Part shown: positions 61,401 through 64,000 of the stretch, in pieces
Layout: each line of letters starts with the position of its first letter
Numbering within the stretch: position 1 is the stretch's first letter
NCBI GenBank assembly: GCA_965285935.1
Contig: OZ260662.1
Location: 70,246,001-70,310,000, forward strand
DNA from: Ophelia neglecta
Taxonomy: Eukaryota
Direction: 5' to 3'
Length of the DNA: 64,000 nucleotides
Program-made: the position numbers and the translations under genes
The notes under the pieces: generated by a model
The model's database searches: none
What the model saw: only the letters and a program-made list of their open reading frames with translations
Told to the model about the DNA's origin: nothing

Positions 61401-63980
61401 AAGACAGTGAACTCTCACCCATGTTCCAAACCTACGTACCCTGGTCCAGTGGAGTAGAGATCTTACAATCTAAAGCAAGCTTTGATGATATTAATGGGAA
61501 ACAGGTAAATACAGTGTAGCTTTCTATTACTGTTTTAGAGGATCCATTTTAAATAAATTAATTACTATGGTAAATTTATACCAGTTTCATTAACTTGTAA
61601 TGACTTTAACAATTAATTAACTAAATGACTTTGGAAGTTCTCAGGGAAACAAGGCAGTTATGGAGCATTCTTAGAAAACTTGTTAGTAGTAAACTTCGTA
61701 CAAAACGTCTCTGGACACCTTTAAGGTTACACTGCTTAACAGAATATAATCCAGTTCTAAAAAATGTGGAAAAAATAGAATGGACCAGAAATGGGGAAGG
61801 TATTTTTGTGAAACCATTCGGTACAATTTTATCCAAAAACTTTGGAAATAAGCTTCAATAAATATCTCTGTAACAAGTCAAAACACACTAGCAAATCTTT
61901 GAATTTCTATTATGAACCTACATAAACTGTCTGTGGAATTTATCATTATTGCATTATTATTGAGGTAGTATGGCACCTTTGAACCAGCTTGAATGTATAG
62001 CCTTTTTGTTATTTAGTTAACTTTATTAATAAGGATAGAAAAAGTAGTTAAGTTTTTATTTCTTTATTAATGAGTTATATAGGACAGTTTGACCATGTAG
62101 TTGCCCTAGTTAATGTAGTTAATTTTCATTAATAATATGATAAAAGGTTACCAGGTAACTTTACACTATGATTAATAATAATTTTATTATTCATTTTGTT
62201 GAAAACCCCCATCTTGACCATATCTTTGTAACTAAGCAATATATTTGCTCCAACTTTTGCATAGTGATTCATGTGATACCTATCGACAATCTATGTCACT
62301 TTGCCTGTGAAAAGTAAAGTAATAAGTTGACTAGTTGACTTTATTAATAACTGCCAAAAAAATAGGTAAGGGTTCTTTCCTTGAAGTGCAGTTTACATAG
62401 ACACTTTAATCACTTACAATTGATTTTTTATCTAACTTTATTAATAATGATAGAAAAATTAGTTAAGCTTTTATTACTTTAATGATGAGTTATATAGGGC
62501 AGTTTGACCATGTAGTGGCACTTGTTATGAAATTTACATCCTTATACTATTTCAGTTAAGTTATTTTATTATTGATAATATGTGATAAGGTTACTAGGTA
62601 ACTTTCCACCACAGTATTATTAATAATAATTTTATTATTCATTTTGTTGAAAACACTTTTTTGACCATATCTTTGAAACTAAGTAGGATATTTGCTCCAG
62701 ATTTTTTTCATAGTGATTCATGTAATATCTATCGACAATCTATGTCACTTTCTCTGTGGTTCATGAAAAGTCAAGTAATAAGTTGTATCAGTTCAATATA
62801 AAAAGAAGGTTGTCAATTTAAGGTATTTCTTCTGTTGGTATCTGGCAGGAAGAAGCAGAGCAGATGTTAAAATGGTGTCCATTTCCACAGATGAGAGACC
62901 TGTCACCATCCTTGTCTTTTCCTCCCAACTTCTGCTGGAGCTCTTTAGAACAAGAATACATCAGGTCAGTTCTGCAATTACACTTTATCAATTTTGGAAA
63001 CAAGAATATATAACTACATTTTTAATTTAAGGGCTGTGTCATTTGAATTAGCGATTTTTTTTCACACTTTTAAGTGAAATAGCCCTAAGATAATATAGGT
63101 TCTTCTGGACTTCCGTTACCATATGCTTATAGTTCTCCATATACAATTGTGCCTTTTTGGCTAAAACCAGAGTTATTAATTTACCCACATAATTCTCTTT
63201 TCCTGACTTAGTTTCCATAAAACTGAGAGCCTTTATTTCAGTTTAATTAGCTGAGGTGATATTTTTATTTAGCCTAATTCATAGCTGTTTAGCACATGGC
63301 TAAAAACTTCCTATTATGGGAACCCAGCTTTTTGCCATATCATGCAGGAACTAGTTGGGCAATAATCATGAGATGTGGTAACCTGGGTTGCACCGGAGCC
63401 ATCTGGCAGGTGTCTCCACTGCATATTGGGCGCCAACATGTATCTCTCACGGGTGAATAATATGGATGTCACCCTTGGAGCTCCAATCCAAACCTATACA
63501 TTTTCCTACCAAGCTATTCTTCCCAATTCTATAACCCATCGATTGGTTGGTTGTCAGCCATGTTATTTACCTTAGATAAACAGGGTAGAACTTCTTTTTA
63601 AAAGTTAACATTTTGCTCATATTGACTGATACAATGCTGGGCTGAATTTAATGGCTGGGGTCCTGGCCCCAGGCCACTAACCTTGCCCTCAGGCCAGTAC
63701 AAAATCATTCTGGTTCAAATATTTTGTTTAAGCCAGGATGCAGCAGGCCAGTGTGTCTTTGTATCAAGTGTTGATAACCAAAAATGTGATGTGAACAATA
63801 AAAGATATGAAACAAAAAAGTTTAATTTGCTAATTTATTTGACCAAACAGGGGCTGTTTGGATGAAGAAGACGAGTTTGTGCCCTATGAAATGACTTCAG
63901 TTTCTAGGTATGGACCAATTTCGAGAGCAGCTAAGATCAAAGGAAAAAACACAAATCCTGTACAAGTAACTGCATCAATG
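55402..63980 (+). CDS. RC3H1: Roquin (RING finger and CCCH-type zinc finger protein), 3'-incomplete in this window
   Basis: Exons 55402-55750, 56733-56981, 57164-57339, 57605-57805, 58009-58141, 58530-58758, 58995-59219, 59735-59934, 60551-60801, 60895-61216, 61350-61504, 62849(or 62891)-62964, 63851-63980 join in frame (912 codons). Motifs: [21 protein letters not shown]; ROQ domain ([13 protein letters not shown]...[34 protein letters not shown]); [14 protein letters not shown]...[11 protein letters not shown]; [12 protein letters not shown]; VSRYGPISR. Likely co-orthologous to vertebrate RC3H1 and RC3H2. Confidence 0.96.
56100..56262 (+). repeat. Degenerate TGATCA-rich minisatellite in roquin intron
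   Basis: Repeated ctgatcacag...tgatca...cccaatg units of ~35-45 bp. Confidence 0.55.
62015..62790 (+). repeat. Tandem duplication (~415-bp period) in roquin intron
   Basis: taactttattaataa.gatagaaaaa.tagttaag...gacaatctatgtcacttt...aagtaataagttg occurs at ~62018-62330 and ~62434-62785. Confidence 0.85.
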
Positions 63981-64000
63981 GTAGGTTACATCAACGATAT

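Overview
AT-rich, intron-containing animal DNA, most likely an invertebrate of lophotrochozoan type (inferred from an insect-type timeless1 gene and the repeat families). Three recognisable spliced genes: HMCES (+, 473-5968, 9 coding exons, complete), timeless1 (-, 35795-27035, 4 coding exons, apparent frameshift in coding exon 3) and roquin/RC3H (+, from 55402, 13 coding exons seen, running off the window end). Between HMCES and timeless lies a ~14 kb tandem array of ~1,464-bp units. Each unit carries two fixed-length exon-like blocks (39 nt and 57 nt, the latter with a GC donor) and a long inverted repeat whose transition differences all read as G:U pairs on the + strand. This suggests a transcribed, spliced, hairpin-forming repeat locus and is the strongest novelty candidate. 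The divergent timeless-roquin interval contains an E-box-bearing candidate promoter, an orphan Tudor-like ORF, a Gypsy gag relic and three fold-back DNA transposons with 9-bp target-site duplications. All coordinates and translations were done by eye; no database searches were run.
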